The position numbers and the translations under genes are program-made. 64,000 nt of DNA from Eledone cirrhosa (taxonomy: Eukaryota), in contig OZ024745.1 of NCBI GenBank assembly GCA_964016885.1, forward strand, positions 58,838,001 through 58,902,000. Reading direction: 5' to 3'. The first letter of the stretch is position 1. Every line of letters begins with the position of its first letter. This document shows positions 48,658-63,840 of this stretch, in pieces. The notes under the pieces are model-generated. The model did no database searches. It saw nothing but the letters and a program-made list of their open reading frames with translations, and had not been told where the DNA came from.

Positions 48658-49491
48658 TTACAATCCCTAGCTGTCGAAACGGCCGGAGCTCAGCCGCCAG
48701 GGTCCTGACTCTTTTCCTGTATATATATATAATAAGAAGTTGACGGACCCAGCATAGGTATCAATGCTAGGACCGTTTGCATCTCAGCGTCCTCAATAGG
48801 TAATGTTAAATACACTCCCAGAGTATACACATAGTTATTCGCTTCAATGCAACACACGTAAATGGGTACCTATAGTAGTTCCCGAACTCGAGTTTCTGCC
48901 ACACTTTATGCAGCAGCTGAGTGCACAGCACCCTCTGTCCGCATATATTATGCAACAACGCATAATCGGCGCATGTGGCTTCATCAGCGGGTTTCGCCTC
49001 ATCAATAACCAATCGATCGACAGAATTCGATTCCAGTCCGTGCCGGCTATGACTACTTGTGACGACCAACACGGTAAAGTGATTAGCAACTGGGATCTGA
49101 TACAATGCTGTCCCCCGACCGGCAACCGATTTATAAATTTACGTGATGGCAGGAGATTAGAAATCAAATAGTTCTGCTCCCGTCATAAGCTCTCAGCCAA
49201 GGTGTCTAAATCAATAGGTTAGTGAAAAATAGGTTATTAGAAAAAGCAGTCTCACATCGCTGTATAATAGAATGGTAGCATTCGGCTCTAGTCTCCAAGT
49301 CCCATGGCGAGAAAATCGCGATAGTGACAGTGGTAGTGCCTACAACCTTTCTGGACATTAAATGCCAACAGCTACTACACAGCGATTTAGAGTAGCGCAC
49401 TGGTTAGCAACCAGCCACGTGCGTAAACCAGTCTATTTCACAATTTATACGATCTGCTAGTTGGAAGATAATAATAATAATAAGTTCTTAT

Positions 49492-49524
<33 letters not shown>

Positions 49525-49539
49525 GGGGGGGAGATTGCA

Positions 49540-49810
49540 ACGTCCAGCATGCTCTTAGGATGAAAAATTTAGAGCTGTACGGACGGGTGCCTCCCTAACG
49601 TCAGCTCGAAAGTGATATCAGAGGAGATTGGGGTTAGCTGGGCATGCTCACCGACATTCGTAGTTGACACTGCACTCAGTGGTCCTGTGAGAGCCCCTAC
49701 AAGGGCACACTGGTAGAGGGAGGCCGGGGATGACGTATGTTGATGCCCTAAGGACAGACACTAGTCTCTGGAAGACGCGGGACATAGCGGCAATGCTGAA
49801 GAGCAGAGAC
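49540..49810 (+). pseudogene. RTE-type LINE C-terminal fragment
   Basis: LAGHAHRHS*LTLHSVVL*EPLQGHTGRGRPGMTYVDALRTDT, homologous to 34370-34630. Confidence 0.8.
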
Positions 49811-50227
49811 CACTATAACAGATTCTCCGCCTCCAGCTTAGTCGCCTCGGTCACAACCCCGGTACGGCCCTTACAATACAAAAGATAGAAAGAGAAGCAA
49901 ATACCGGAGCTTGTCCGGTCGCCTCCTCTTTGCACCGGTCGCCGTCGAGACCTCAGGTGTCCTCGGACGTCAGACAGCTGACCTCCTCCGTCAAATCTGA
50001 TCGATAGCAGCCCGTCTGAGAAAGGAGCCTTGCGAGGTGGGATGGCAGTTGCAGGGTGTGTCGCTGGTCATTTTGACCGAGGGTCGCAGCAGAAACACTG
50101 CTCTGACCTAAGTGTAATGTCTGTCACCCTCTCCCCTTCGCCCTTTCTATCTTCATTTGTCTACTAACCCTTACTCTTCCCCTCCTTTCCCTCTCATTTA
50201 TGACATTAATAGTCCTTTCCAATACTG

Positions 50228-50325
<98 letters not shown>

Positions 50326-50430
50326 GTTTATGTGTAATGTTACTTATATAACTGTGAACTTAAAAGAATATAAAATATAAATTATTTGCATGTATTGAGA
50401 ATCTTTTTATCTGTGGTTATCACTTCACTG

Positions 50431-50503
<73 letters not shown>

Positions 50504-50953
50504 AAATATGATAATAATGGAGCTGCGGCGTTGCAAATGGGTTACATATGAAAAAGTTTGTATTCATCAGTGGCCTTCCAACCGTCGTAGGCATTTCATC
50601 GCTTTAAAGGCCATATACCTCAGGTTGGTGCGAGCAACGGCTAAAAAAAGTCGTTGGGACACGTAAATAAAGGGGACGCTAGGGTAAACAAACAAAATGG
50701 TTTAAGCAACAGAAAGTGATGAAGAAAGAAACAAGTCCCAGATTTCTATGAATATAAATTCGGTGGAATCGTGAACGAGATATATATATATATATACAGG
50801 GTGTCCCCAACAATATATACATGTATATATGCTACACATTTCAACAGCATTCTAATAAATATTGCCTGTACAGGTAATCAAAGTGTGTATACATTTTCTT
50901 TTTTTATTGGGGGGGGGGGGTACGCTGTATATATATATATAGAGAGAGAGAGA

Positions 50954-50998
<45 letters not shown>

Positions 50999-51531
50999 AA
51001 CAACATTTTTAAATCGCCAGAGTAATAGAGATATGGTAAAAGAGAGGTAAGGTATTCCTTGAAACTACAATGATAGCCTCACCTCATAGCTGATGTCCGG
51101 TTAGTATCGCTTGTTTTCATTCGTAGTTAGCGATTTCATATCGATCAAGCTATATACAATGAGGTGCCTTTTATCTTATACTTAATCATCGCTACTTTTC
51201 GTGTCTCTTTCTAATTGAGCAGAAAGATAGGGTAAAATATATTATACTTCAGAGGAAGTCAGCTAGCCGGATGTTAGGATGGGAGAAAGAAATTGGTTTA
51301 GTCTGCTAACCGATAATTACTAATCAGACGCTATGGTCGGATCACCTCCCACACGCTAACACACCCACTTATAGAGCTGTATAAGTATGTGTTCATAACC
51401 TTAGCTATGATAGCTAAAACAAACTAAAACTCTAACAGGCTCTCACACATACACACACACGTGTGTGTATGTGAGTTTCAAAAGTATATATGTTTATATA
51501 TATATGTGTGTGTGTTATATATATATGTGTG

Positions 51532-51609
<78 letters not shown>

Positions 51610-53878
51610 CTGTGTCTATGTTTGTGTGCATGTGTGTGTAGGTCGAGGTGTGTGTGTGCGCGCACACTTACACACACACACAAATATAAGTAGATAGGTA
51701 GATAGATAGATAGATAGAAAAGGAGCGAAATCGTGGGAGCCACACAAAAAACTTTAAGACCCTTTTGAAGAGACACTCAGACAAACGGAGTGACTTAACA
51801 TTAGAGTGATCCGAAAAGAGAGTAGCAATTTATTTACTTTAATGATGGGTCTAAAAAATGACGAATCAAATATTCTGCTGATTGAGAAGGGCATGAGGGC
51901 ATAAGTATTACTAGGCAACCCTAGAACATAGATGGTTGATAAAGACAACGTTAAGGACCCACAAGCATGTGAGATCTTTCACCACTCAGCTAAGGCCTAA
52001 ATTGCTCAGAGGTAATTTCGGAGTATGAAAGGTGATCAGCCCTGTGTTTTTTAATTATCGGTAGAGGGTCGGACGCCATGCTTTGACGCGTAGAGTTACG
52101 GCCCTTGCCATTCTGAGTTCAAATCCCGCCGAGGTTAACTTTGCCTTTCGTCCTTACGGGGTCGATAAAATAAAGTACCAGTAATGCACTGGCTAATTGC
52201 TGGCCTTGTGCCAAAAAGTAGAAACAATTATTTATACTTGTTTTGTGTAAAAATATGTTCAACCTATCTTAATAAATTGCATCACGCTCTTTTTGTACTC
52301 TCCCCGTTTATTATATAAATATTTATATACCCACACATTTTGTAATCTATTTTCTATAAGTTTGTGGCTTATACAGGAAATGATTTTGTTGTTGTTATTA
52401 TTATAAATATCGTTATTATGTGTGGATTGGCAGTATTGGTAGGGAGTTGGACAAAATGGTTTACGCCATATAGTTATCGATTTTTATGTGCTGACTTCAA
52501 ATCTCGCCGAGGTCAACTTTACCTTTCCTTCTTCTCGGGTCAATAAAATAAAGTACCAGTTGAGTACTGCGGTCAATTTTAATGGCTTTTCTCCTTCACT
52601 TCACTTCAAATGACTGGCCTTATGCCAAATGTTAAAACAATCATTATCATCCTTAATTAATTTACGGTGACGACGGTGAACTTTCAGGCTTTCTGCGTAA
52701 TAATCGTCCTTGAAATAATTGTTTCTACTTTTGGCACCAGGCCAGCAATTATCCCAGTGCATTACTGGTACTTTATTTTATCGACCCCGTAAGGATGAAA
52801 GGCAAAGTTAACCTCGGCGGGATTTGAACTTAGATCATAAAGGCGCCCGACCCTCTACCGATACTCGTCCTTGAAATAATGATGTTGAAGTGGAAGAAAA
52901 AGGTTGAAATAGTTATTTTTAGCAACGGTGATTAAAATAACAACAACGTCTACCACATGGACAACAACAACATTATTGTAGGAGTGGAATTAAGAACTAC
53001 AGTGAATTTCAACAGAGAAAGGATGGGTTTCTCAACAGCTGAAGATTGTATCACAATATGTTAGTGGATTAAATAATTATTATTTCATCAGTAAACTTGT
53101 GTGGTCAAAATCGTATCTACGTGGAGTAAACACACAAAAGGTCAAGTCCAACATTATAAGAGTATATGCATGCGTGTATATATATATCAGTGGTGTTTAC
53201 TCACTCGATACTGAAAAAAGAACAAGCTATAATATACATTTATATTATGGATTATTAATGCCATGTCATGTCATGTATATATAAACTACCGCCATGTTTA
53301 TTATCGCATTCTTTCGTAATAAGAAATCATACTCAACTTATATATATATAGTTTCTGAAGTAGACGGTGAGATGGATCTATAGTATTGAGAATAATAGTA
53401 TGGAATTACATAGCTACTATCGATTAGTCACTATATCGATTTATCGTCATCAATCAACCTTCTGAAACGATCGAAATACTAAATGTTGCCCTTTGTTTCC
53501 ATTGTTCAGCATACATATCTATTTATCTATAAATAAATAAATAAATAAATAAATTTAAAAAAATAAATAAATAAATAATCTAATAAACAATAATCAATAA
53601 ATAAATAACACTGACCTAAGAGAAGTATAAATAAATAAATAAATAAATACACAAGCACAATAACAACAAACACATATAAACACACACTAGTAAACTAAGA
53701 TAGAATACAATAACCAATACACAGTCACCCAAACACGAACACACATCAAACAAAACACTATACACACACGCAAACGCATGCGCAGAGAAGATAAAAAAAT
53801 AAACAAATAAATAAATAAATAAACAGACTAAATAAAGATGGCGTAAGCATACAATACAACGGGAGGAAACATAATAGC

Positions 53879-53920
53879 ACCACTGACGATGTTGCAGATG
53901 TGCAACGAAAGAACTTTGTT
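53879..53920 (+). ncRNA. Type I hammerhead ribozyme, family L (stem I imperfect)
   Basis: acca-CTGACGA-t gttgca gatg tgcaac-GAAA-gaac-TT-tgtt. Flanks resemble those of the 26252 copy (ggcgta.. upstream; ccctccc..aagtataaca downstream). Confidence 0.7.
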
Positions 53921-54676
53921 AGACTATATATATGTGTTTGTGTCTATATTGTATCTGTATTTTTGACCGTTGGTCAGTCAATGGTAACATTGAGGACCGA
54001 ATAAATTAAATTAACCGATATAAAAGACACAGAAGCGAAAACCAACCAAACAGTGAGGGTGTTCTGTTATTAATTCTGGCAATATTATTACACAAATATG
54101 GCCCTCCCCAAGTATAACAGTATTTGTTTCGACACACGATTTCATATCAGAAACCTCGCAAAACTAATAAATAAATAAATAATCAAATAAAGAAAGATAT
54201 CTATCTATATATATGTATATAGTTTGACCTTTTATTTCTATTACCAAGCGGTTTCGTGACCGCAAATTCGATTAGCTCTTTCAGTTGCGATCAAAAAATG
54301 AATTAAATTTGAAAAGGAAAAGCTGGTGAACTGACGTTTGAAAAACATGTGATGTTATATCTACTATTGTAACACGAGATGACAACAGGCCGGCTGATTG
54401 CACCGTATCGTCAGCTCCAATAGAGTTGATTTTTTATTTAATTCTCTGTAATCAATATTATGTGGTTGCTACTTGGTCAATATGTATATATCATTCTGAT
54501 ATCCCCACTGCTGGTGATGGGCTGGTTGAAGGTTAAGCAGAAGTGATCATTCGTTGTATTGAGGGTCTTGATGTAGTAGTTATTTTGGTATGCTTCTTCA
54601 TTTGAAATTGCTCTATTTTTTTTAACGCTTCTGAAAGAGCTAGTCAAAACAGTTTGGTAATGCAAAAATAATTAAA

Positions 54677-54900
54677 ACTTCTTCTTCGCCCACTTATTCC
54701 TGAGAGGGTCGTGGAGGCAGAGTCCTCAAACATTCCTTTCAAGGGGGTCATTTCAGACTGATCCGGCTTGATCCTCAAGCGTGATCAGCCAAGCCCATGG
54801 ATGTTGTCCAACCATCTTGCTCGGTGTCTACCCCTAGGTCTCTTGCCTTTTGCCCGTAAAATCTGTCCAACGACTTTTTCCTGAGTCATTCAAACTTGAT
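54677..54900 (-). pseudogene. RTE-type LINE 3' end
   Basis: Minus strand GKRPRGRHRARWLDNI followed by a short (gaa)n tail. Confidence 0.6.
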
Positions 54901-55729
54901 ATAAATATTCTCAAATTTCTCATTATGTGTTGGTTGCTCTTTTCTTTCGTTTGTACCCAAACTTGTACACACTTGTATGTGTATTGCATGTATATACAGA
55001 AAGGGGTGTTGGGTTGAGAGAATTGTGTTGAACATGTATTCAAATGCATACGGTGACATATAGATACAAATGTACAGACATCCATATATATTAATACATA
55101 TATACATGATACTATCTTTTAGGAATGCCATGTGAGAACAGGTTTTCTAACCACAAAATGCATGTTCATTATATGCAAGTAAACACGCACAAACAGTTAT
55201 ATATTTATATACTATGTATACTCAAACATAAATAATTACACATTCATATACAAATATACATGCCTACGTAAACACATACATCCTAAATATACATGTCTAC
55301 GTAAACACATACATGACTAAATATACATATGTCAAATCTAATCGATTTTACTCTACGTTTATCTTAATGCCAACAGGTTTCCAAGAGCACCATACCCTAA
55401 ACGTACACACAAACAACAACAACAACAACATCAACCATCCCGTCAGCCAGGCTTAAATGTTAGTTGGTTATCTATGATCATCGTACTCTAGTTGTCGCTT
55501 ATTGTATTGGTCAATATCCCGGTGACGTTTAATACTTTCAACTCTGTCGGTGGAGTCGACTATAAGCAAAATGAATGTAAATTTAAAGGCTTGGTCAACT
55601 TCGTTGTTCTTATGTAAATGGAATGATTGGTTTGTAATGCTTTCCCGGATAATTATTCCTGCCATATGCTATAATTGTTCTGTAGATGCTATGGGCAATC
55701 ATATTTACTTGTTACTATATTATGTATGT

Positions 55730-55777
<48 letters not shown>

Positions 55778-55805
55778 AAATAGAGGTGCGACAAACAAGT
55801 TGTGA

Positions 55806-56152
55806 TATATTAGTAAAAAGGAAAAGAAAATGGTGACAAATTTTTCCCATTGAAAAATAGTTTAATGAGGAATAAGTATAAATTAGTAATAAGTATTTGT
55901 TAGTATTCAGTTTTAGTTTTAAGTTCCCTACTGACCATGATCACAACAATGAACCTCTTTACTACACCTGTGAAGTAAAGAACCTCTTTACTACACCTGT
56001 GTAGTAAAGAGGTTCATTGTTGTGATCATGGTCAGTAGGGAACTTAAAACTAAAACTGAATACTAACAAATACTTATTACTAATTTATACTTATTCCTCA
56101 TTAAACCATTTTTCAATGGGAAAAATTTGTCACCATTTTCTTTTCCTTTTTA

Positions 56153-56159
<7 letters not shown>
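55806..56159. repeat. Fold-back with near-perfect arms of about 160 bp, family H
   Basis: The arms are reverse complements with a duplicated apex. A diverged single arm lies at about 5158-5275; (TA)n flank. Confidence 0.85.
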
Positions 56160-56230
<71 letters not shown>

Positions 56231-56233
<3 letters not shown>

Positions 56234-56306
56234 GGTGTCCTCCCAAAATGTATACACACTTTGATTAGAGTGCTGGTGAAGTGTGTATACATTGTTTGGG
56301 ACACCG
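56231..56306. mobile_element. Tiny mariner-type MITE in (TA)n
   Basis: cagggtgtcc.cccaaaatgtatacacactt..aagtgtgtatacattgtttgggacaccg; relatives at about 9621-9700 and 50797-50928. Confidence 0.7.
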
Positions 56307-56379
<73 letters not shown>

Positions 56380-56566
56380 ATGCACGTATGTATAGTTTTA
56401 CGAGATATGGGTTTCGGTTTCTCTAGTTCAGAGTTAGATTAGCTTATAACGAGGACTGTTTCAGCATACAGTGGTTGTTGACTCAACAAGAGGAGATCGA
56501 GTCGATCGTAGGGTTATCTTTAGAGAGTTCCTTAATCAGTAATGCTTGGAGTAGTTACAAATAGTT

Positions 56567-56771
56567 AAAAAGAGATTAACACAGATAAGCGATACAGTAG
56601 GATTTATGTCTACCATTTACATATGTTTCATTGCCTTCTGCGTGTTTTTTTCTTGCCTTGAAATCACTATTCTCAATTATCAATCATGAAAAACACGCAG
56701 AAGGCAATGAAACATATGTAAATGCTAGAAATAAATCCTACTGTATCGCTTATCTGTGTTAATCTCTTTTT
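56567..56771. repeat. Fold-back with arms of about 80 bp and hammerhead 3' half
   Basis: Plus arm: ggcaat-GAAA-catatg-TA-aatgc-tagaAATAAA; the left arm is its reverse complement. Confidence 0.7.
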
Positions 56772-56941
56772 ATCTATCTATCTATCAATATATGTATATT
56801 TCCAGCATAGTTACGTCCCTTTACGATCTGAGTTCAAATCCCTCCGAGGTTGACTTTGCCTTTCATCCTTACGGGGTCGATAAAATAAAGTACCAGTAAT
56901 GCACTGGGTAATTGCTGGCCTTGTGCCTAAAGTAGAAACAA

Positions 56942-57005
<64 letters not shown>

Positions 57006-58954
57006 TATATATATATAAATACAATATCGGAGAAAGCTTTTTAGCGATACTCCGGCCAAATTCCAACTCACTCAACAAACATTAGGAAATAAGTGATTAT
57101 ATTCCCAATTATGTGTTCGGGGTGCTAACTAAAAGTATTGCGTGGAAAATTGGCTGTATTATTTCAAATGAGACATATCTAATATATCTCTTCTCGTTTC
57201 ATTATAGGATTCCTACAATTTGGGTGAAATTATCCCAATTTATGTAGGAGCTTGTGTATCATCAATAGATATATATTCAAGTGGGCTCCTATAATTCATC
57301 AGTGGGTGCCCCAATAATACTAATATTGATAATCTAACCAACATCAGCATTTAGCGATAATCACTTTCTGTGCCTGAGGTATCTGTCAGGTTGCCAGTCC
57401 AGCAGTTCTAAAGGAGTGCTCGAACTGATTCAAAAAATGAGGAAGTGAATTACCGCCAAAAAAAACAATACATGCGCGTGACAATGAACTCTGAAAGGAA
57501 TTCAGGCCACGTGCTAAGAACTCAATTGGAAATTGAAAAAATATTTATGTGTGTACAACATTTGATGACACACACAGATATTTTCTCGGGCAAAATAACA
57601 GAATGAGATACAAGGAACAATCAATATTCATATATAAAAAATAAACAAAGAAATGCTAACCTTATACCGGGAAGTTTTTTCAAATCTGCTGCGCCAAGAG
57701 TAAATAAATAAATACAATATCGGAGAAAGCTTTTTAGCGATACTCCGGCCATATATATATATATATATTCGTGAGTTTTTATATCGAATACTAATAATAT
57801 TCGTTTGCAAGCAAATGGCCCCATTATGCTATGTTTTTTAGGTGGCCATTGTCATTCTTTTGTTCTATCGGTGGCACAGAGAAACAATCGACAACGTTGT
57901 TTCTGGGTTATTGCCCATTATCAAGATTGTGTATCTCTTCCTTCACTCACTAGAAAACTTCAATAGTTTTATGCGACACGGAAATTAGAATTAGAAATAG
58001 CAGCCAAAATATTTGTAAATTACACAATATATATATTGAAAGAGAAAAACATTAAAGAAAGAGAAACGTTTTTCTCCGTCCTTAAACACCAGAGCCTGGA
58101 AATATGTCAACTTTAGCTCGGTCGTTAATAGCTGTAGATTACAGTGTGCTGCAATTATAACATCCTTGTCAACTGCTGTTCCATATCTCATTTAGATTTT
58201 CTTGTGAACCCTGGGTTTTGAACTCTTAGTTACATGCGTCTTCACAGATAGAATGTATAATACATCGTCTTCTTTGGCTTGGAAGCGACAACAATAACAA
58301 AGTAATCTTCTGTTACTAATGATACCCCTATTTAGTGACAAGATTTACGAGAAGCACAACTGAATCAACTAATCCTTTTCTTCAATCCCTGCCTGGCCAT
58401 TTCAATATATTTTGATCATCATATTGATATGGATTAAATATAATCTCGATTACTCGTCTATAAATCTATCAATAATCAATATTTAGTGGTAATATATTTG
58501 ATTAAAATATGGAATAGATTGAATCGTAAATGAAGAAAATACGGTTTTCTGACTGAGAATCAATATTAATTGATACAATAAATGTCAGTACGGACAAGTA
58601 GATATAATATAGGTTTCTGAACTGGACTCTGAAAATCTCAAGCTTTTCAGTTACACACTTATACGCAATATAACATGTTCTTTGGCGAGATATCTAAGTC
58701 TTCTTACCTCAATTCGGAGGAATGATCGATGTCACTTTATTGTATTAAACTTTTGTTTTAAGTTGATTAGAGGTATGCACAAATATCTTATAAGTTATTA
58801 ATTTATTTATTTGTAGCTATAAACCTTACAGAAAATTAATTGAAATGATCCAATTATCCAATGAGATATTTTAAAGATTACAGTAAGAAACCATGTCGAA
58901 TGAACCGAATTTTAAGTTATAATACAGAATAAACTGGTCCAGAAAATATATATA

Positions 58955-59928
58955 AAGGCTTTTAATTTAGGCACAAATCGAGCAGTTTGAGTGGGGTTCG
59001 ATTAAATTGATCCCAGTACTTTACTGGAACTTGATTTTATCGATTATGGAAGGTTGAAAGGTAAAGTTGAACCTAGCGCGATTTGAACTCAGAGCGTAGA
59101 AAGTTGTAACTAAATAGTACAAAGCATTTTGTCTGATGCTCTACCGATACTGCCAAACCACCGCCATACTGAAAGAAAATAATTGCTTTTGATTAAGGCA
59201 GAACGCCAACAATTTTTGGGGGGGAGTTGGGCATTAAATCGACACCAGTGTGTTACTGGTACTTTATTTTATTGTTCCCGTAAGGATGAAAGGTAAAGCG
59301 AACCTCAGCGAGATTTGAACTCAGAACGTAAAGGGCCGTAACTCTATGCTGCAAAGCATGATGTCCGACACTCTACCGATACTGCCAATCCACCACCCTA
59401 CTAAAATCAAATAATTGTTTCTACTGTTGGCACAAGGCCAGCAATTACCCAGTACATTACTGGTACTTTATTTTATCGACCCCGTAAGGATGAAAGGTAA
59501 AGTTAACCTCGGCGGGATTTGAACTCAGATCGTAAAGGGACGTAACTACGCTGGAAAGCATGTCTGACCCTTCAAATAATGATTTCTACTATAGGGACAA
59601 GGCCAGCAATTTGGGGAGAAGGGAAAGTCGATTAAATCGACCCTGCAAGGATGAAAGGCAAAGCTAACCTCGGCGGGATTTGAACTCAGAACGTAAAGGG
59701 CCATAACTCTATGTTTCAAAGCCACCGCCCTCACTAAAAACAAATAATTGTTTCTACTTTTGGCACAAGGCCAGCAATTACTCAGTGCATTACTCGTACT
59801 TTATTTTATCGACCCCGTAAGGATGAAAGGCAAAGTTCACCTCGACGGGATTTGAACTCAGACCGTAAAGGGACGTAAATATGCTGGAAAGCATGGCATT
59901 CGACCCTCTACCGATACTGCCAATTCAC
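58955..59928 (-). mobile_element. Cluster of five head-to-tail copies of the same SINE family
   Basis: Five successive reverse-complement copies containing ttttatcgaccccgtaaggatgaaagg..gatttgaactcaga, with differing divergence. Confidence 0.85.
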
Positions 59929-60760
59929 CAATGAAAGCAAGAAACAAACAATCAATGTAATCTTCAAGGGAGGTAATCGTCAAGAATCCTAGTGTGTTAT
60001 GAGTAGTGTAGTTGCTTATGCTGTACAGGTTGTGTGCCGATAATTTTGGATTTATCAAGATTATTTTACAATTGTGTACAAAACTGGTAAGAAGCCTCCA
60101 CTTACTAATGTAGTGTTTGGGAGAAAATTATTCATCAATATATCTAATCAACATATTTATTTTGAATCAGAGGCTACACTGCTTCCTACAGTAAGAAGCT
60201 ACAATAAACTAATGAAGTTGGTTGTTTTCCGGAAAGAATAAATGGTTAATTACCAATTTTTTTTCATCCTACCTTAAATTCTTTTTTATCAATCATCTTG
60301 TTTTTTCCATGGAATGCAATGATGATGATATCATCAGTGTAAATAAAAACAACCGCCATGTACTTATTACTATCACCATCTCATTTCTAGCATTATATAT
60401 ATATATTATAATAATAATAAAATTAACGAAGATCGCTGGTATTAATTCAACGGTCTCCGGCCAGCATCTGGCTCACTCAATGAATCAGCCGAATTGCAGT
60501 AATGCAGTTGTAATCAGCCGTTCAGAGTGCACACCTTAGTTATTAGCAGATACGGAGGTGGTGTTTAGGTTGAGAGAAAGGTAAAATTCTCATCCCCCGG
60601 ACGAAATAAATCGTTTCTGTGCAACATATCTTCCCAAATGTAGATATAGATCCTCAATGTTCAGAAATTCACGTAATATGTGCAGATATTTACGTAACCG
60701 GGCTGTTCCACTCATCAGTAGGGATTCCTAAGTCATAAGATAGTTCCATACAGTGTGCGT

Positions 60761-60801
<41 letters not shown>

Positions 60802-62624
60802 ACAAGTGGTGAATTGGTAGAATCGATAGAAAATAATCTGGTTGTATTTGTTCCGATTCTCTACGTTCAAATCCTACTGAGACTAATTTTACCTTTTATC
60901 TTTTGAGGGTCGATAAAGTATCAGTTTAGGGTGGTGAATTGTCAGGGTGTCGAACGAAATGCCTCGTGGTATTTATTTTGGCTCTTTGGTTTCTGAGTTT
61001 TTAGATTGTAAACTTAATGTTTCCCAGTTTAACACTACCAGCTTGGACTTGAGTTATTTTAGTAGAGTTCACTGTGCTACAATCATTCGGGCCAGATCTC
61101 CGGTTTAAGAATAAATGCCATTCTTTCTCCCATCAGTCAAGGAGAGGCTCTTTAAAAAACGTCGAAATATAATTAGAAATATCTTGAGGTTTTCGCTGTA
61201 GTTTTAGCATCCTGCACCCTGATTGAAGAGAAGAATGATCAAAGGCATTCCAGCCGTGAACATCTCGTCGTTTTTAGGTAAGTTGGTGTATATTATCTAA
61301 TGTGTCCTTATCCTGTTTAAGTTAGAACATTATTTGACGCGAGGACTATGTGTTATGGTATTCGGCTCACGATCATAAATTGGTAGGTTCAATCAAATGA
61401 AAGAGTACACATTGAATAAGTACACTCAGATGCAAAAGTAAATACAAACAGCAGCTGGGTGTAATCTTGTAATGCCTCTTGTGAATCCAAGATACGCGCC
61501 GACCTGCTGAGCTTCTAAGCATGAAAAAGTATTTAACTTTTAATGAGTTAACGGTTATTTCAACTAAGTCAAGCGATCACGTAAATGGTCTTGACATTGA
61601 GCAGATGTTGAGTGTCGATCTTTTCACTGAGTCTAATCTGAGCTAAATGTTTCACTGGCCTGCAGATTAAGTTACATGTGATGAGGGACTAGCTCAGCTT
61701 TCAAAATAATAAATTATTAAGACATATCACTATTCGTACAAGAAGGGCAGATTTTATTTTCTGTGCAAGATTTGAAATCAACACTTTCACGAAAACTGAA
61801 TGTTCAATGCCGAAAACAACAAATTACACGTACTGCCTATCATGGTAAACTGGAAATTAATTTTTCTATGAACACAACCCGTCAACGAAAGGATAAACCT
61901 GCTTAAATTATAACCGTTAGACCAGAATGCTAATTAGTTGATACATTTCATCAGGTGGTTATAGATAATTTGATGCTTAGAAGCATGTATATGCTATCGC
62001 CAACGAAAATTTTTTGCCCCAAACCTTAACACACGAAAAATAACTATCAGGAAAGCATTTCCTAATTTACAGCTTGGTGCTTTGATCTCCAACAAATAAG
62101 GAACTCTAATGACCTTGCACCAACACCCTATAAATCGCTCATCAACCAAGATAGCTCCGTAATGAACATAAAACCTATATCCACCCTGTCTTTCCCTGAC
62201 TAAGCCACAAAACAAGCAAAATTAAATTTTTTGTACTCAGCAGTTTAACTATATAACTTCTTAAAGAATCATCTACATAATCTGCCTAAGCAAAGCAAGG
62301 TGTATTGCTTATGCAACACATGGTGTAAATGATGCAGCGAATTCTATACCGCAAGTTGCTGTTCCTTCTTCACCAGCCTCAATCTTAACACCACAGAATT
62401 ATCATAAAATTCACACTGAATGCATCAAAGCACTTTCTTTTACGTAAGAAGCTTTCAATTCCTTTTTTTTTACTTTTTTTTTTTTTTTTACTCAAAATAA
62501 AGTAGAAGCAATTATTGAAATAATAAGATTTTTGTGAAAGCTGTTTTATTTTTCATTATTTTTCATTGATCATTGATGGCAATATATATATATATATATA
62601 CATATATACATTTAGAGGTATATG

Positions 62625-62703
<79 letters not shown>

Positions 62704-63074
62704 CCATCGATTTTCGATTGCCTTCTATAAATCCTCGTCGAGCAAAATGTTTGCAGAGTTTATTAGGTTCCAGTTTCGTGCTATAAATTTGAGAAATGAA
62801 TATCGCTTTTTGTAGTTATGTATAACTTCGAACCAAATGTGTATATCTGCCTATTCAACTTGCCTCCTCTTTTTCTACTCCTCCTTCTTTCAATGTAGAT
62901 ATTTATATATATACTCAAACATAACGGATAGTAAATAAATAAATCATAATCCATTAGTAGTGTATACGCATGCAATAGATGGTGGGGTCTTCCATCGATT
63001 ACCCACATATTTAATTGCCTCCACATATCAGGAACCACGACTCGCTGCATTTGGCATTCGTAATCCCATCTACA

Positions 63075-63161
<87 letters not shown>

Positions 63162-63301
63162 TAGATAGATAGATAGATAGATATATAAGTTGAAATAAAA
63201 TGAAAACGAAATTTCATTTCTCACTCTTAGTACGGCACTTACTTAAATGTAAGTATGTGTGTATACGTACATACATATATGTATACAGACGTACAGTAGC
63301 A

Positions 63302-63367
<66 letters not shown>

Positions 63368-63406
63368 CAGGTACACATACATATATGCACGTATCAGTAT
63401 GGGTAT

Positions 63407-63449
63407 ACGGTGCTGATGATAGCTAACAAGCTTGAAACTAGTACATCGT
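63407..63449 (+). ncRNA. Type I hammerhead ribozyme, family K
   Basis: acggtg-CTGATGA-t agct aaca agct t-GAAA-ctag-TA-catcgt. Confidence 0.87.
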
Positions 63450-63686
63450 TCCTGTGTCAGTGTTGAACAAAAAGGTGACGTGGTTGCCTTAACACCGTAC
63501 GGCTAAAAATTCATGCTGTTCAGTTTGTTTACAAACGAACAAAGCGGCGTTATAATAAGCGTCCGCTAAACTGATACGTGCATATATGTATGTGTACCTG
63601 TATGTATATATATATATATATATATGCATGCTACTGTACGTCTGTATACATATATGTATGTACGTATACACACATACTTACATTTA

Positions 63687-63744
<58 letters not shown>

Positions 63745-63840
63745 CAATGATATCAATTCAAAACACATTAGTTTCATGTGTTTGCACTAGTATATATATA
63801 TCTGTGTGTGTGTGTGTGTGTAGTAGTGTGTATGTGTGTA

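Noticed and set aside
49810-50110. Possible HDV-like ribozyme or LINE 5' UTR
   Set aside because: GC-rich and structured-looking, but I could not build the nested double pseudoknot.
51080-51170. SECIS element
   Set aside because: The minus strand has ATGA and a helix but no correctly placed 3' GA of the non-Watson-Crick quartet.
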